A stretch of 64,000 bases of DNA from Felis catus (GCF_018350175.1 NC_058368.1:227666001-227730000), one strand, 5' to 3'; shown: positions 26,691-40,552, numbered from the stretch's first letter. Made by a program: numbers and translations. The notes: generated by a model not told the origin, from the letters alone.

Positions 26691-28130
26691 AAAACAGGAA
26701 ACCACTGGAGCAGCCCAGCTAGTGGAGTCAGATCTGTGCACAGAACACGGACGTCCCGCAGCTTCCCCTCGAGCCCGACACTTTCCACTCCTCTGTTTCA
26801 AGCCCTTGCAAGGCTTCAAGTCTGGGGGTCAGCAGGGACTGCCGTAAGGTCTGTCACCTCTGACGCGGTGCCAAGCGCTGACTCCACCACCCTGCGTACC
26901 AACAGCGGTGCCGCGATACCCTAATGAGGCTTTGCAACAACCCCCTCGCCGAAGTTTCCACACAGCAAGATCGCCGTGCTTCCACACGCGGCACAGACGC
27001 GGGGTTTTAGTACGTTTACTATCAAGGTGACTCATCGGGCTGTTCTGTTGTTTCTCACACGCTGTTAACACTAATCATGCCGTCACCCACGTATATGGTG
27101 CCTTAAAAAAGGAGGTCGACCAGCTTCACAGGCAGCAAACCAGTCATTTCCAGGAGGCCCCGCTGAAGCCAGCACATCTGCTAACCTGGGACGCTGATGA
27201 GGAAGCGAAATCCTGAAGTCACAGCTGATCGGCGCAAAGCCCACGGGCCGTTTCCCTTCCTCCTGCCCGAGGAATCCCTGCCCACGGCTGCGGCAAAGAC
27301 CTTCCGCACGTGCACGGGCACTCACTCCACACTCTTATGTCACAACTCAAACAGTGTTTAGGTTTGCGTGATGGCACGGGCATGCGGAGATAAAAGTCAT
27401 CTGTATGATTTTAGTTTGCGGGGAAAGTGGTTGATGAGTTTACTTGCTTAAACACGAGATGTGAAAAATGAGGATTATATATGCTGTTTCTAAAACTCCA
27501 GCGTACCCCAGATGTTTAGATTGCTTCACTCTGCTGTGATCAACTACCACACACAAGATTCGCCCCGAACCCGGCAAGCTGAAACCAGTGCATGTTCATG
27601 AGGCACATGCACGCTGCTCCTGCGAAATCACAAACAGAAATGCCACGGGACAGGTCTCATTAAAACACTGAAAAGCAGGGTGTTCGTGTCTTGGAAAAAA
27701 AAGTGCTGGGAAGATTTCCCGCAGCAAGCTTGTGACATCAGAGACTAGAAGCTGCAGACACTGTTTGAAAAAAAGACTATGTGAGGGAGGAGGGAAAGTG
27801 AAAGGAAGAGACAAAGGAGGAGTCCTGTTCTCACGTCCCCAACTCCTCAAGGACCCGGCACCAAGGCGGGGGTTCACGTACATCCCCGGGAGGAGTGCCT
27901 ACTGGGCAGACCCGCAACTCTTTAAACAGGGCAAGGGCCGGCTCCCGGCGTGTGGTCGGTGAAGCCTCTGCATCAGAGTCACCGGATCGGTAAGGAAAGC
28001 CATTAAATATGGATGGAGATTCACACTCTCTAGAGGTGGGATATGAGAAGCTGTACTTCAACCAGCACACTTGAGTTAGAAAACCACTCATTTAGGAAAG
28101 GAAGAGTCCCTTTAGAATCAAAAGCATTCT

Positions 28131-28346
28131 GGGGAGCCTGGGTGGCTCAGCTGGTTAAGCATCCGACTCTTGGTTTCGGTTCAGGTCATAGTCTCACAGT
28201 TCATGAGTTCGAGTTCCACATCAGGCCCAGCGCTTAAAGGGTGGAGCTTGCTTCAGATTCTCTCCCTCTCTCTCTCTGCCCCCCCTCCCCCCCCGCTCCT
28301 CCACTCTCTCTCTCAAGATAAATAAACTTAAAAAAAAAAAAAAAAA
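28131..28346 (+). mobile_element. CAN-SINE with TSD aatcaaaagcat
   Basis: Full head, (CT) region and poly-A; aatcaaaagcat on both sides. Confidence 0.93.
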
Positions 28347-28365
28347 TCAAAAGCATCCCTTCCCA

Positions 28366-28530
28366 GGGCACCTAGGTAGCTCAGTCGGTTGGGCTTCAGC
28401 TCAGGTCATGTTCTCATTATCTGTGGGTCTGAGCCCTGCATCGGGCTGTGCACTGACAATGCGGAGCCTGCTTGGGGTTTTCTCTCTCCCTCTCTCTCTG
28501 CCCCTCCCTCGCTTCTGCTTGCTCCCAAAA
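28366..28530 (+). mobile_element. CAN-SINE (internal deletion, tail interrupted by L1)
   Basis: gggcacctaggtagctcagtcggtt...gagcctgcttgggg...ctcccaaaataa. Confidence 0.88.
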
Positions 28531-28835
28531 TAATGCTAAGTGAAATAAGTCAGTCAGAGAAAGACAGATACCATAGTTTCAGTCATATGTGGATCTTGAG
28601 AAACTTAACAGAAAACCATGAGGGAGGGGAAGGGGGTAAAAAGTTACAGAAAGAGAGAGAGAGAGAGAAGCAAATCATAAGAGACTTTTAAATACTGAGA
28701 ACAAACTGAAGATTGATGGGGGGTGGAAGGGAGGGGAAAGTCGGTGATGGGCATTGAGGAGGGCATTTGTTGGGATGAGCACTGGGTGTTGTATGGAAAC
28801 CAATTTGACCATAAATTATGGTAAAAAAAAAAAAA
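28531..28835 (+). mobile_element. Felid L1 (L1_Fc-like) 3' end with poly-A
   Basis: atgctaagtgaaataagtcagtcagagaaagacagatacc...gggcattgaggagggc...gatgagcactgggtgttgtatggaaaccaatttgac + A tail. Confidence 0.92.
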
Positions 28836-28839
28836 GGCA

Positions 28840-28938
28840 TTCCTTCCCTTCCCATCTTCCTTCTCCTCCCCTCCCCCCCTCCTCCCCTCCCTCCCTCTCC
28901 CCTTCTCCCCTCTCCTCTCCCCTCCTCCCCTCCCCTCC
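28840..28938. repeat. Polypyrimidine (CCT/CCCT) low-complexity tract
   Basis: Seen directly. Confidence 0.8.
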
Positions 28939-29529
28939 AGCCATGGAGAAAATGGTGCCCAGGGTCTGAGGCAGTGCAGGCTGGGCACACCGATGCAGGG
29001 GTCCCCTGCCAGGCTTTCTGGGTGGGAGGGGGAGAAGCACACAGAGAAGCCAGACAAACTGGCTGGGAGACTGAGCAGACTGAGAAAATACACTAACTGA
29101 ACAAAAAGTTAATAGATCTGAGGGCAACAGGAGCCAGGTATCTTGTCTGAGAAGGAGTTTACAAACACAGAAAGGAACAGGCTAGAAAGAAGCCTGATGG
29201 GTTGGATTAGAAAGAGAAGCACCGGTACGAACACATGGGCCTTTAAAACGGACACGGGCCCAGGGCAACAGACCAACAGTTTGAGGGGTGTGTGGACCGT
29301 GGGAGCAAGCACAGGGGGGTGGGTCCACAACTGCAAAGGGAGGGCCTCGAAGCACAGACACCCCACAAGCAAGCAAGCACTCTTGAGTGCCCCCATCTTG
29401 GTTTCTAAATACCACACCACACAAGTAACTGGCACTCCTCAGTGGGATGGCAGATCCCGGGATGAGGCGGGAAAGTACAAAAGGAGCCTGGGAACATTAC
29501 ACCAGAAAGTAAGGGAGTGCTCAGATAAT

Positions 29530-29615
29530 AACAACATAAAAAAAAAAAACAAAAAACAATAAATAAAATAAAATAAGATAAAATAAAATAAAATAAATTA
29601 AAACAAAAACGAAAA
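29530..29615. repeat. A-rich (AAAAT)n tract
   Basis: Seen directly. Confidence 0.75.
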
Positions 29616-29629
29616 CATCACACACATAA

Positions 29630-30475
29630 AGGGGCTCCTGCTGGCTAAATGTGGACAATTGAAGCATCAAAATAGAGTATCAGATTATAACCTGCTGAAT
29701 ATAAGATATCATAAATTCATACTGGAATAATAAATAGACACATAGGGAAGAAAGAAAGTTCTTTCTCACAGTAGATCACCTAATAAATACAGAAGGAATA
29801 CCGGCCACCAGACAGCCATCACAGTGGGAGGTGACAGGGGCAAGAGTCACCAGCGGATGACAAGGCCATGAAAAGTCTCATGAGAAACACAGATGTGTGT
29901 CTCCCACAATATGCTTCTCAAAAACAAGTATTTTTTAATCCTGACTTTTCACTGGAGAAACCTTGCAGACACCAATCTCACCGAGTGGTCAAGGTTAACA
30001 TCACCAACAGCAAGAGGGGTCAGCATCCCGTGACCCTGCCGTGACACTCGGCTTTTGTCAGCACAGGAGGAAAACTAGAAGGATGGGCAAGAGGTTGAGG
30101 CTCATCCTAGAGAACGAAGGGGCCACATTCTCTAACACTGTCACCAAGACTAAAGAAAGTTCCACTGTGATTGACGGAAACCAATGAGAGGTGTTCACTA
30201 AACGTAACTTGTGTTGCTGCACAGCGTCCTGGACCAGAGGTAGTGGGAACGTGGGAAATACGAACAGGTCTGTGGGTAGGACGGTGTCTTGTATCACAGC
30301 TGATTTACTGTCTGCACAGAGAGGTGGGGGAAGGGGGCTACACAGCAAATGTGGTCAAATGTTAAAAACTAGGAAATCAGGGTTAAAGGAATGTGGGAGC
30401 TCTTTATAGGATTCTAACACTTTTCTGTAGCCTGAAACCATTTCAGACTTTAATTAAGAAGGCAAAAATAAAAGT
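29630..30475 (+). mobile_element. Old L1M (L1MC/L1MD-like) 3'UTR relic
   Basis: ggagaaaccttgcagacacc...gtggtcaaggttaacatcacc and terminal acttttctgtagcctgaaaccatttc typical of L1MC/D 3' ends. Confidence 0.6.
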
Positions 30476-32562
30476 TTATTCTGTTCTATTGAAAGTCTTT
30501 TGTATTGATTTCACTGTGAAGTTACTGTTTCCTTGAGTTTACAGCATAGTTGCACACAGGCTTTTATGCTAAAAATTGTGGTTTAAGCCCTCAATCTTTT
30601 TAACTATTTAAAACTTGCCATCCAACTTTTTAAAACTTTTAGTACCAACATAAAACCTAATAAAACTGCACCAATAGGTAAACATAAGTCCCCATGTCAA
30701 AATGCCCAATTTTTATAGATGGAAGTGGTGAGAGAATGATGTACTTTGCTGGAAGTGCCAAGGGCAACAGGCAGACTGAACGGCCAGCGAGGCGAGAGCA
30801 AGACAGCAGTCAGGTCAGGCCGACTCTGAGGGAAGTCGTGTAGGCAAGGGCTGTAGTCCCACTGCAGCCGATCGCCTGGTGAGCGAGCTATTCGCCCTGC
30901 CCCCCGCGGCTCTGGAAGCTACCACAGCAGTCAGAAAGCAGCTCCTGAGAAAGTCATGAGTAAGCGGATGAGCGAAGGCCCAGTCACACGGCGGCAACAG
31001 AGCCGCCCACTTTCTGTGTTACAGGTGGAAATCAGACAATGCCTAGAGACGGTACACCAGGGAGCAAGAAGTTAATGTTTTCTGGAACTCACAGAATCCT
31101 CATGAACCCGTGTGATGAAAAAATTAGATTTGTTCCATTTTCACTTTTACTATTAAAAAGGCTACTGCTAGTATTTATATAGCTGCTAATAAATTAGATA
31201 ACCTTATTAGCTCAAATGCACTGGGTGCAAAATTAAGAAGAATACAGAATTGACTTTTTCAAAACTCCATGGACAAAATAAAACAGTGCTAAAAGAAAGG
31301 TGGCGGGGGATCTCGTTGGACAAAAAGGTAGAGAAATAAATGTGTAGATCTCAACCTCCACAACATCCTGAGGTAAGTAACACAGGCATCGCGCGTCTGT
31401 TCAATGCACCCAAGGACACTAAGGGCTCAGGAGAACGGCCCAAGGACAGGACAGTAGCACCTGCGGGGTGAAGCAGGGAGTGCCGTGCCGAAAAATGAAT
31501 GGCCCCTTTCTTCCCTAGGATTGTGACAAGGTGGTGGAGTTCTGATCCAGGAAGAGGTGTCCACCCTGTGCCCTGCCCCCCACCCCCACCCCGCCGTGGG
31601 CTCTGCAGCCTGGCTGACTCCAGTGTCCCGGGGATCCTTCATCTCAGCACACGTGACGTAGATGCTCATGATGAAGAAGACGGGGCAAAGCTTGCTGAAC
31701 GCAGGCACGCAACCCCGCTTCCCTCCAGGAATTCATCCAGTGTAGGAAAGGCAGACTGGTGTGACAGGCCCGAAGACCACGGCTCGCCCGCGAGGGCGCC
31801 ACACCTCAAGCTCTCCACACTTACGGCGCCTCCCACGTGAGACAACACAGGGGCAGCAGAGCAGTGGCCGGGACAAGGAGCTGCTCTGTCCCCTACAGCT
31901 GCTGACCTGGCACAAGTCACCTGATCTCTGGGCCTCAGCATCCTCGTCAGTAACAGCACGGCCAATAAGGACGCACGCCCCAGAGTTGTGAACATTAAGT
32001 AAATGATTACATAAAGTCCTCACAAAAAAACCTGGCCCAGATGAAGGGAGCAGAAAATAAAGACGGGGAGATAGTACATAAATAATGGACCTTAAAATAA
32101 TAAAGAGAATGCTATGCTTAGATTTCGAAAACAGCCAGTAGCTTCAAACAGTGTGTGCTTTTTGATCCAGAACATGCATCGGTATCAGGTTTCGCTCCTT
32201 TCTAGAAAGTTCATACAGGAAAATTAAATTAATAGCACATGGAAACCTCTATTTGCCAAGTACGTGCAGACCAGAGAGCTGGAATCGCGCTTTCTCCGGC
32301 ATGTGGAACCACAAGCACCTCCGGGAGACCCGCACACGCCACGGGCCCAAGAAGTGCGCTCGCTGCCGACCACCCTGCTTCACAGGGGCCCCCCACCCCA
32401 CCCCCTAGCACACACAGGTCAAAGGTCCCGGCGAGACTGCAGTTTAACACGAGACCTACGAGCTTTTTCTAGGCTCGACCAAGCTTCGGGGTTTTTTCCC
32501 AGCTTTTGGTGCTGGGACATGAAACTGTCACTCTGCAGTTGGAAGTGGAAGAGCCCGCTCAC

Positions 32563-32694
32563 CTCAGAATAAGCAAGAGTGATGTGCTCGTATACCCCCT
32601 GATGGTGGTGAATGGCGTCCTCCAGGTCGTGCAGCTCCGAGGGAAGGTCCACCTCTCCACAGGCTTTACACCACGAGTCCACATTGCTCATGTA
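32563..32694 (-). CDS. TRIO: TRIO coding exon (~exon 8, 132 nt): YMSNVDSWCKACGEVDLPSELHDLEDAIHHHQGVYEHITLAYSE
   Basis: ORF 32419..32691; acceptor poly-T then actcctcaag|TAC, donor GAG|gtgagc. Confidence 0.96.
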
Positions 32695-33747
32695 CTTGAG
32701 GAGTAAAAAAAAAAAAAAAAGATTATTTCTATCAATGGCAATTTATACGGAGATGTAGCTATTTTTTCAACATGGTTTTGAAATCAAGGTAATTGAGAAA
32801 CAGTCTAAGAACGTGGCATAGTGGAACATCCATCTCAAATGGCACTACCGGGAGCCTCACATGGTTCCCGGACTCTGCCCTGGAGCTCTCCTTCTGGCCA
32901 GAGTGGGGCTCGGCCCAGGAGCCTGCATTTGGAATGACATCTCCAGGGGACCCCGAGGCCTACAGCTAACAGCAAGCCCAGAGCAACTCTTCCCTGCATC
33001 TGCTCTGGGCCTCCTGCTTAATTCCCCAGCCCTCCTCCGAATCAGGGATCGTAACAACCGCCCGGTGCCGTGGGCTGTGTAAGGATAGAGGCCTGGTGCG
33101 CCTCAGCCTCAGCCTCAAGATGGCGGCACACGCCTCCTCCAGGAGCTGTAGTCCAGCCTTCGCGCTCCCCTCCAACATTAAGATGCTAGCGGAAGCCCAA
33201 GTATCTGGAATTATTTACCTAGACTGAGGAAGAGCAGCAGGCCCATTTTTCTACCTTTTCCAAAGCAAATACACACAGAAATGAAAAGACCAAATGAAGG
33301 CCACCCAAGCTCCCCAGCTGTGCCCACTGAGCCTGAGGGAAGGCTGAGGAAAGAGGCAGACTCACTCAGGTCTTTTCCACTTTGCACGTAAACAAGAAGG
33401 GAAGAGTCTTGGCTGCAGTCCTGAGGACTACCATTCCAGCCTCTCCTCAATTTTCTCCACGGCCACTCCCACCGCCCCAGGAATCATCAACAGCAGAGAA
33501 ATCACTGCCAGACGTCCTAGGGAGAGCCTATCAGCATCCATCACAGTTCAGTGTCAAAGGCAGGCAGCAGAAGGCCCTTAATTAAAGACGCTAATTCAAT
33601 TAAGCCAAATAGTCATGGACACATTTCCCTGGGTTTCACCTCTTTTATTCTAATTCCTTGGCATCTTTCTACTTCCCAGGGAATGCAGAGGGTGACTATT
33701 TAAAATTGGGTGACGAAAACATAAAAAAAAATTAAAAAAAAAAAAAA

Positions 33748-33964
33748 GTGGCTGCGCCTGCATGGCTCAGTCGCTTGGGCGTCCAACTGCAGCTCAGGTC
33801 ACAATCTCACGGCTCACGGGTTCGAGCCCCGCATTGGGCTCTGCACTGAAAGCCTGGAGCCTGGAGCCTGCTTCTGATTCTGTCTCTCTCTCTGCACCTC
33901 CCCCTGCTCCCTCTCTGCTTCTCTCTCTCAAATATAAAATAAAACATTAAAAAAATTTAAAAAA
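33748..33964 (+). mobile_element. Felid-type CAN-SINE; 14-bp TSD taaaattgggtgac (33701-33714 / 33965-33978)
   Basis: gcgcctgcatggctcagtcg...gagcctggagcctgcttctgattctg...tail; exact TSD. Confidence 0.93.
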
Positions 33965-36842
33965 TAAAATTGGGTGACTGACCTGCCAGACAGGAAACTT
34001 GCTAGGATTCTCTTAAAATATGGGAACGACCACCCACTTATTCATGACATTTTTAGAAACAAAATAGACACGTCACCTGGTAAGTAGTAATTTGTTTATA
34101 AAAGTCCATTTATTATTAATGGCTCAGAAAAATATCTATATGCAAATCTTAGGGCCTGACCAGTCATGGGGCATTACGTATCATATGATGGCATCTGATG
34201 GTTTCAACGGACACAGGGACGGAGGAGTATCCTTCTTTACGGTGCCTTCCTAACACCAACAGGGCAACGGAAGTAGTAATAAAATTACTTGACACATCTC
34301 CCCCTCGGCAGGTGTGTGTGACAAGGATCTGTGTGACTACACATGTTCTATAAATATCAAATCCAATATCAAATATCAGCTTGAATGATTCTAAGTATTC
34401 TTGATTTCCATTTCACTTTTCCCATTATTGCATTTAACACCAATCACTGTAAACCTTTTCCAAATATAAATGGACTCTGGTTAACCATCACCATGATTAA
34501 TTCATCAGGTCAAGTCAGCAATTAATTGCTCCTGCACGAAACAGAGTCACCGTATACTCCTTACAAGAGGCTAAAATGCTTCTGATAGAACAAGGTGGAA
34601 ACAAGTTTTAGTTACACCATAGCGCACAAGTGGAAGTGTCAATCTAAAGATGCTTACCTAAAAAATATAGCCAGGTTCTAAATACACAGAAAAGGATGGC
34701 TTGCCATGTGGAAATCTTGTGGAGAAAGAATTCTGCACATCTAATTTCACTGGGTTAAGATATCTCAATGATGGAAACAAACCTGGCCATGGTTTCACGG
34801 GACTTTTGTGCAAGCATAATTTGTCTTTTATTTATGAGATGGAAACCCTAGACTCCGAAGGGTAAGCTCGAAGCCCTCAACGCTTTCTGAAGGACTTAAA
34901 CACCCCAAAAGTCTGAACCCACTGCCACCAAGGGAGCAACCCCTGATCAGAGGGCCAAAAGAAGGCTGCGAATTGGTATTCCATAAGGAAAAGGCATCCT
35001 GGAGTTGACTTTGGTGGCAACGTTCAACAGTAGCTACATAGCACAGAATCTGTGAGAGTCTTTTCATAGGATAACGTGGGCTATGAATGGGCAAGGGGGG
35101 CAGGCCTACTGTGTTCACTCCCCAACCTTCTCTAACCACTCTACTACATTCCAGACCCCCCCGTCCCCCCAACACGAGTCACCATCTTAGAAATACAATT
35201 TGGGATTACAACACCAGGGGACAGGTCTAGAACAGAGCCTGACACTCTGGAAAGAACAATACTGAAGGTGGCTACCATACTCTAGTGAGATCAGAGCAGA
35301 CGGTTTGGTCTGATGCTTTAAATGCGCACTGGACCCAAATTCGTGAACACACGGCATCCAGCTAGGTTGAGGGTAGACAGGAGAATCCAAGAGAATTAAA
35401 TGCTTCTCTGTGAATTCAAATCAGGAGCTGGCTACAGAACTGAGAATTCTGATGCTGAGCGGAATGGCGACTTTGTAAAAGTGTGGCTGAAAACAAGAGG
35501 CAAGCAGCTGAAGGCAGGGTAACTGATACATACAGCTTTAACAGGAGAGCTTGAATAATGAGATGTATTTGCATAAACATTATTCCACTACCCTCCACAT
35601 GCTGAGAGAGTGGGGGGCTTCCAACGTGGGAGCCACTCAGCCCTCTGGCCTGCCCCACCTCCTGCCACCCACAGCCAGTGCACGTCCGTCCCTCCCACCC
35701 ACACCAGGGATCACGATGGGGTGCAGCTGAGCACAGGGGCTTGGCCTGATTTAGGAGACAAAAGCACAAAAACTTCCTAGAATTGTTAACTTTTTAAATA
35801 TTTGGGGGGGGGGGGGTTTCTCTTCTTCAACAAAAGTGACACTGGTTTAACATATACACACACATATGTGTGTGTAGATATATATGTGTGTATATACATA
35901 CATACGCATAACATACATAAGAACTCAAACTTGGGTTTTTACTTCTCATCTCTTCATTTTTGTTTTCACTTCTAGAAAATATTACCCCACTTTTCCTTTC
36001 TACTTCATCATTTCTACTCCCTGAGGATTAATCAGCACACACTCTTTCCTGGTTCCTCCAAGGCAGACAGGCCCTCTTCTCTGCCCAGGGAAATCACCTG
36101 AGGGAGCAGCCCGCTCCATTTGCAAAGCTCTGCCATCTACACCACAGTAACTCAGAGGAGACAGGCTCAGCTTGAACCAGAATATGCCGATGATCACTCT
36201 GCACACCTTGAATCTGTTTTCATTAATAACTTTTTCTTTCATGTTTATATTTCTTTTCCACAAGAATCGTTTCTGTTTTGTCCACAAGCCAAGAATTAGG
36301 TCTATGCTTGTAATAAAGTAAAATACCATTAAAATGGGATTAGTTGTGTATTATTTGCCTTAAAAATTCAAAAAGAATAGTATATAAGTGCTATTTTCCT
36401 CTGAGTTCCAACCCAGACTTATGACAAAATTATCCAGGTAACTGCAATAAGACTTGTTTACCAGAAATGGTATTTCTAAAACTATGTATGGAGAGTGAAA
36501 TTGTACAAGGATATTAATCTAAGTGCCTTGTTTGTGGAACAGTGTGTGATTATTGTCAGGAGCTGAAGGACCGTCACAGACCTCAACTGAAGTCCCAACA
36601 TAAGTGACTCACTCCCCAAACACAATCAAAGGCCAATAAATACCACCAGCCCCATCGACTTCATTGGACTGATTTAAGGATGAAATGACATCTTGTGTTA
36701 AAGAGCCGTGTAAATTCTAAAGAACTATGCAAATGCTGGTTGTTACTTTATTTTTGGCTCTTATCAAATTATAGAGGCCCTCAAAGTCATAGAGAAAATG
36801 AGGTCATCAGATTTATGGTTCACTGTGAAGGTGAATCTTGAC

Positions 36843-37046
36843 CAGCACTAACAGAACTTTCTGCAGTGATGGATATGAGTATCTGTGCTGTCCAGTATAG
36901 TAGCCACTAGCTGTACGTTGCTATGGAGCGTGTGAAATGTGGACACTGTACGAAATTTTCATTTATTCTTACATTATCTTCTTACTAAGCCTTAAGTAAT
37001 TTCAGTAGCCACATATGGTGACTGGCTACCATACTGGACAGTGCAG
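36843..37046. mobile_element. MER3 (hAT-Charlie) DNA transposon relic
   Basis: agaactttctgcagtgatgg...tgtgctgtccagtatagtagccactag...ggctaccatactggacagtgcag with internal inverted symmetry. Confidence 0.75.
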
Positions 37047-37400
37047 CTCTCTTGTCTGTTTTAAAGGAAGGCAGATTGCCACACGCAGCACGTCATTTGG
37101 ATGTGCCTTGGGACATGTGGAGCCTTGGGAGTCTGACTACCCTCCTTTCCACAAATGGACCTTGAGGGTTTGTGTGGGGGTCCCAGCAGGAGAGCACAGC
37201 TACAGGTATGCCCCTGACCAAACAACAGCCTCCTCTATCGGGAACAGTCACCCTCTTTGACAACGCAGCGTGCATCTCCAGGAGAAATGCACGTGGGACA
37301 GGGAGGAAGCGCACACCCGCCGAGCCAGCCAAGCCAACCCTGGGGATCAGTAGGGTGACAGATGTCGCAGCCGGATCACCCTCACACCCGAGATCATCTG

Positions 37401-37609
37401 TTTAATTTTTAATGTATTTTTTAATTTATTTGAGATAGAGCGTGAGCGAGCAGGGTAAAGGGCAGAGAGACAGGGAGAGAGAGAATGCCAGCAGCCTCCA
37501 GGCGTAGCACGGAGCCTGACACAGGGCTCGATCTAATGAATCGCAAGAACATGACCTCAGCCGAAGTCGAGAGTAGGACGCTTAACTGACTGAGCCACCC
37601 GGGCACCCC
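37401..37609 (-). mobile_element. CAN-SINE
   Basis: T-rich tail, gagagaatgccagcag...gactgagccacccgggcacccc. Confidence 0.9.
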
Positions 37610-40237
37610 TAGAGCATTTTTTTTAAATAGCGTCTTAGGGCGCTAAGGTGTAGCAAAATCAAGTCACTTTCTTTGTTCTACAAAACTGTTAAGTCTAATA
37701 ACATTTGCTATGAAAGCTTCTCAGTGTGAAGGGACAATTCAGTGGATATGCCACATGACCAAAAGAAGTGAAGGCTGGAGCCCCTAAACACCATCTACCA
37801 GTAAGACTGCTGGTCTTGTGGTCCTGTCTCCGTGTCTGCAAACTGAGATTCTAATTGCGACATGAGACTATGAGATGAATGGCTGAGACGTCTTCAGGAG
37901 GCGTGCCATCTATGCAATGTTCTCCTCACCCAGTTTGCACCTCAAGACTTACATCTATAAAACCACAGGCAGACACCAACACGAGAACACCCACCGGGAC
38001 CACAGAGGAGTGTGGCTGGGCAGTTCCGGGCACACGTCTCCCTCGCTGGAGCGTAATCCTTACGGGTAAGGCTGCTTCCTTTGGTAAAGCCATTAACCAT
38101 GGGGGTCACATATTTGAGCTCTGTGCCTCCCTAACTCCCTAATCAGATTTAGTTTCCTACTGGTAAGTCTGGATGGGGGTCAAAGAGGTGGCTATGTTGG
38201 AAACCTAATTCATGACGTCCAAGTTTCTGGTCCTCTCCCAACTGAGCTTATGAAAACAGCTTAAGCATAACTGGAAGGCAAAGCATTAAAAAAAAAAAAA
38301 AAAAGAAGAACAAAGTTGAACCCATTTCTCTTCCGCAAAGAGGAAAACTACTTGGTAGATGTGGGCTTCCCTCACACATCAGAGTTTCAAAGATCTTACT
38401 TTTGTTCAGGGAAGGGGGAAGATCCACAACACGTCTTTACCTGAGAGTAAAGAAAGTCTCTGCAGAGGTCCTACTGCCCCACCTCCACATTTCAGTTGCC
38501 TGGCCAGGCCTCAGCCAAGGTCCATCAGAGATGCTGGGCCCTTTCTTCACCAGGCCTCTCTGACCCTAACTTGTATTTGGCTTCATCTCTGGCTACTGGA
38601 TACACACAGAGACCTCAAGCACTGTCATGTTTACACAGGATTCCACGATATTGTGTCCAATAATGTATTCATCTAGTCCAGTTTCCTTCAAATCCATAAT
38701 TTACAGTCACTCATTTTATCCAAAGAGAACACCCCAGGCTCGCGTTCACGAAAGGGACCTTCCCTGTGTGTTACTATGCTTCAGACCCTCTGCCATTCAC
38801 CACATAGGTTGTCCTGTTTCACATCTATTCATATCAGCTTAATGGAACTTTCTGAGAGCCCACTGCCACTCTACTTCTTGCAGTAGAACACGTGACGATT
38901 CCAGGTGACGTATGTGCGGGAGACCACGTGGCTCATCTTCCCACCTACAAAAACGTCCAGTGAATAATACACCACACCCTGGACAAAGACAGGAACCAGA
39001 GGTGAGCACAGTGCTGTTTTCTGCAGAAGGGGGGTGGGGTCCTGTGTTTTTTTTTTTTTTTAAACCTGTTTTTGTGTGTGGGCTTTTGTTTCCCCTTTAT
39101 CATAAAGCCAGTTAAATGCATAGGTTAGGGAGCTGAAAAATCGGACTACTGGAACCCGAAGCCCCTATTCACAGCTTTCACGTGAGGCCACAAAGACTTG
39201 TTTCTCTGTATACCATTCAGTTTCTTCTTCTGCTTCATATTTGAAAGGTTTCCAGAGTCAAGATCACTACTAATTAGGGTCTTGTGCAACATTCTAGCTA
39301 CCTTGCCAAAACCCTGGGCAAGCTGGGACTCTATCTCACGTTTACTGACTTCACTCCTCAACAGAGACAGTGTCTCGATTATACCATTTCCTTCTTAACA
39401 GCGTCAGTACAGATCCCTATGAATGCAGTCTCCGCCCACCACAAAAAATGACCCCAACCAATATTTTTCCTTTAACATCAGGCAACCACTTGCTTCTTTC
39501 CCATACGCCTTCCTAGTGGCTAAAAGTCCTGTGTTCTTTCTCCACATCTTGAAAAAGGTATTTCACTGCCCAGCATGCTTTCCACTAATTAAAGTCTGAG
39601 TCATGAGCGAAGCACTTCCTTGTGTAGTTCAGGGTACGTTTGCTTAAGCAAGCGCTGGAGGACTGCAGAGCTGTGGGGGTTCTATGAGCAGACGCACATA
39701 TGACCTCTCACAGTCTTCTGACCAGCACTTCAGCTAAAGAAGCCAGTGTCAAGTTCAAATCCATACAGTTTAATAAATGTGAAAGACACTGTAAACTGCC
39801 TTCCCAAAAGTCGTCTGTCAGCCCGAGCCCTTGCTGGCAGAGCGTGGCCGCTACTGTGGAGGCTAAAAAGCCACGTCTGCCTTCTTGCACCCTCCCACGC
39901 AGCCAGAGCACGGGCCTACACCCTACTTCCACTCAAGGGGAAAGGAGGTGAGGTGTGCTGGGGTAGGGGACCTTCTGAAATTAATGTTTTCCTGATAAAA
40001 GTGACCGGCACCACCATCCCAGACTATGGTGGACACCAGGGTGCAGGTGCAGGAACGGTGGCACAAACCCGGGAGGAGCAGACCCGACCCCAACATAGCT
40101 GTATGGCTACAACTCTCTACACTTTGCAACTTCTTGATTTGTGAGAAAAGCAAACTCCTGATATTTAAACCTGATAATCAGGCACTCAGTTACTTGCTGA
40201 CAAATCACCCTAATCAGAATACTAAAAGTGATAGCAA

Positions 40238-40375
40238 GGAGGAGGAGGGGGAGGAGGGGTAGGAGGGGAAGGAGGGGAAGGAGGGGAAGGGGGAGGAGGG
40301 GGAGGAGGGGGAGGAGGGGGAGGAGGGGGAGGAGGCAGGGGAGGGGGAGGAGGTGGGGGAGGGGGAGGGGGAGGA

Positions 40376-40412
<37 letters not shown>

Positions 40413-40464
40413 AAAAGAAAGAAAGAAAGAAAGAAAGAAAGAAAAAGAAAGAAAAAGAAAGAAA

Positions 40465-40500
<36 letters not shown>

Positions 40501-40552
40501 AAAAGAAAGAAAAAGAAAGAAAAAGAAAGAAAAAGAAAGAAAAAGAAAGAAA

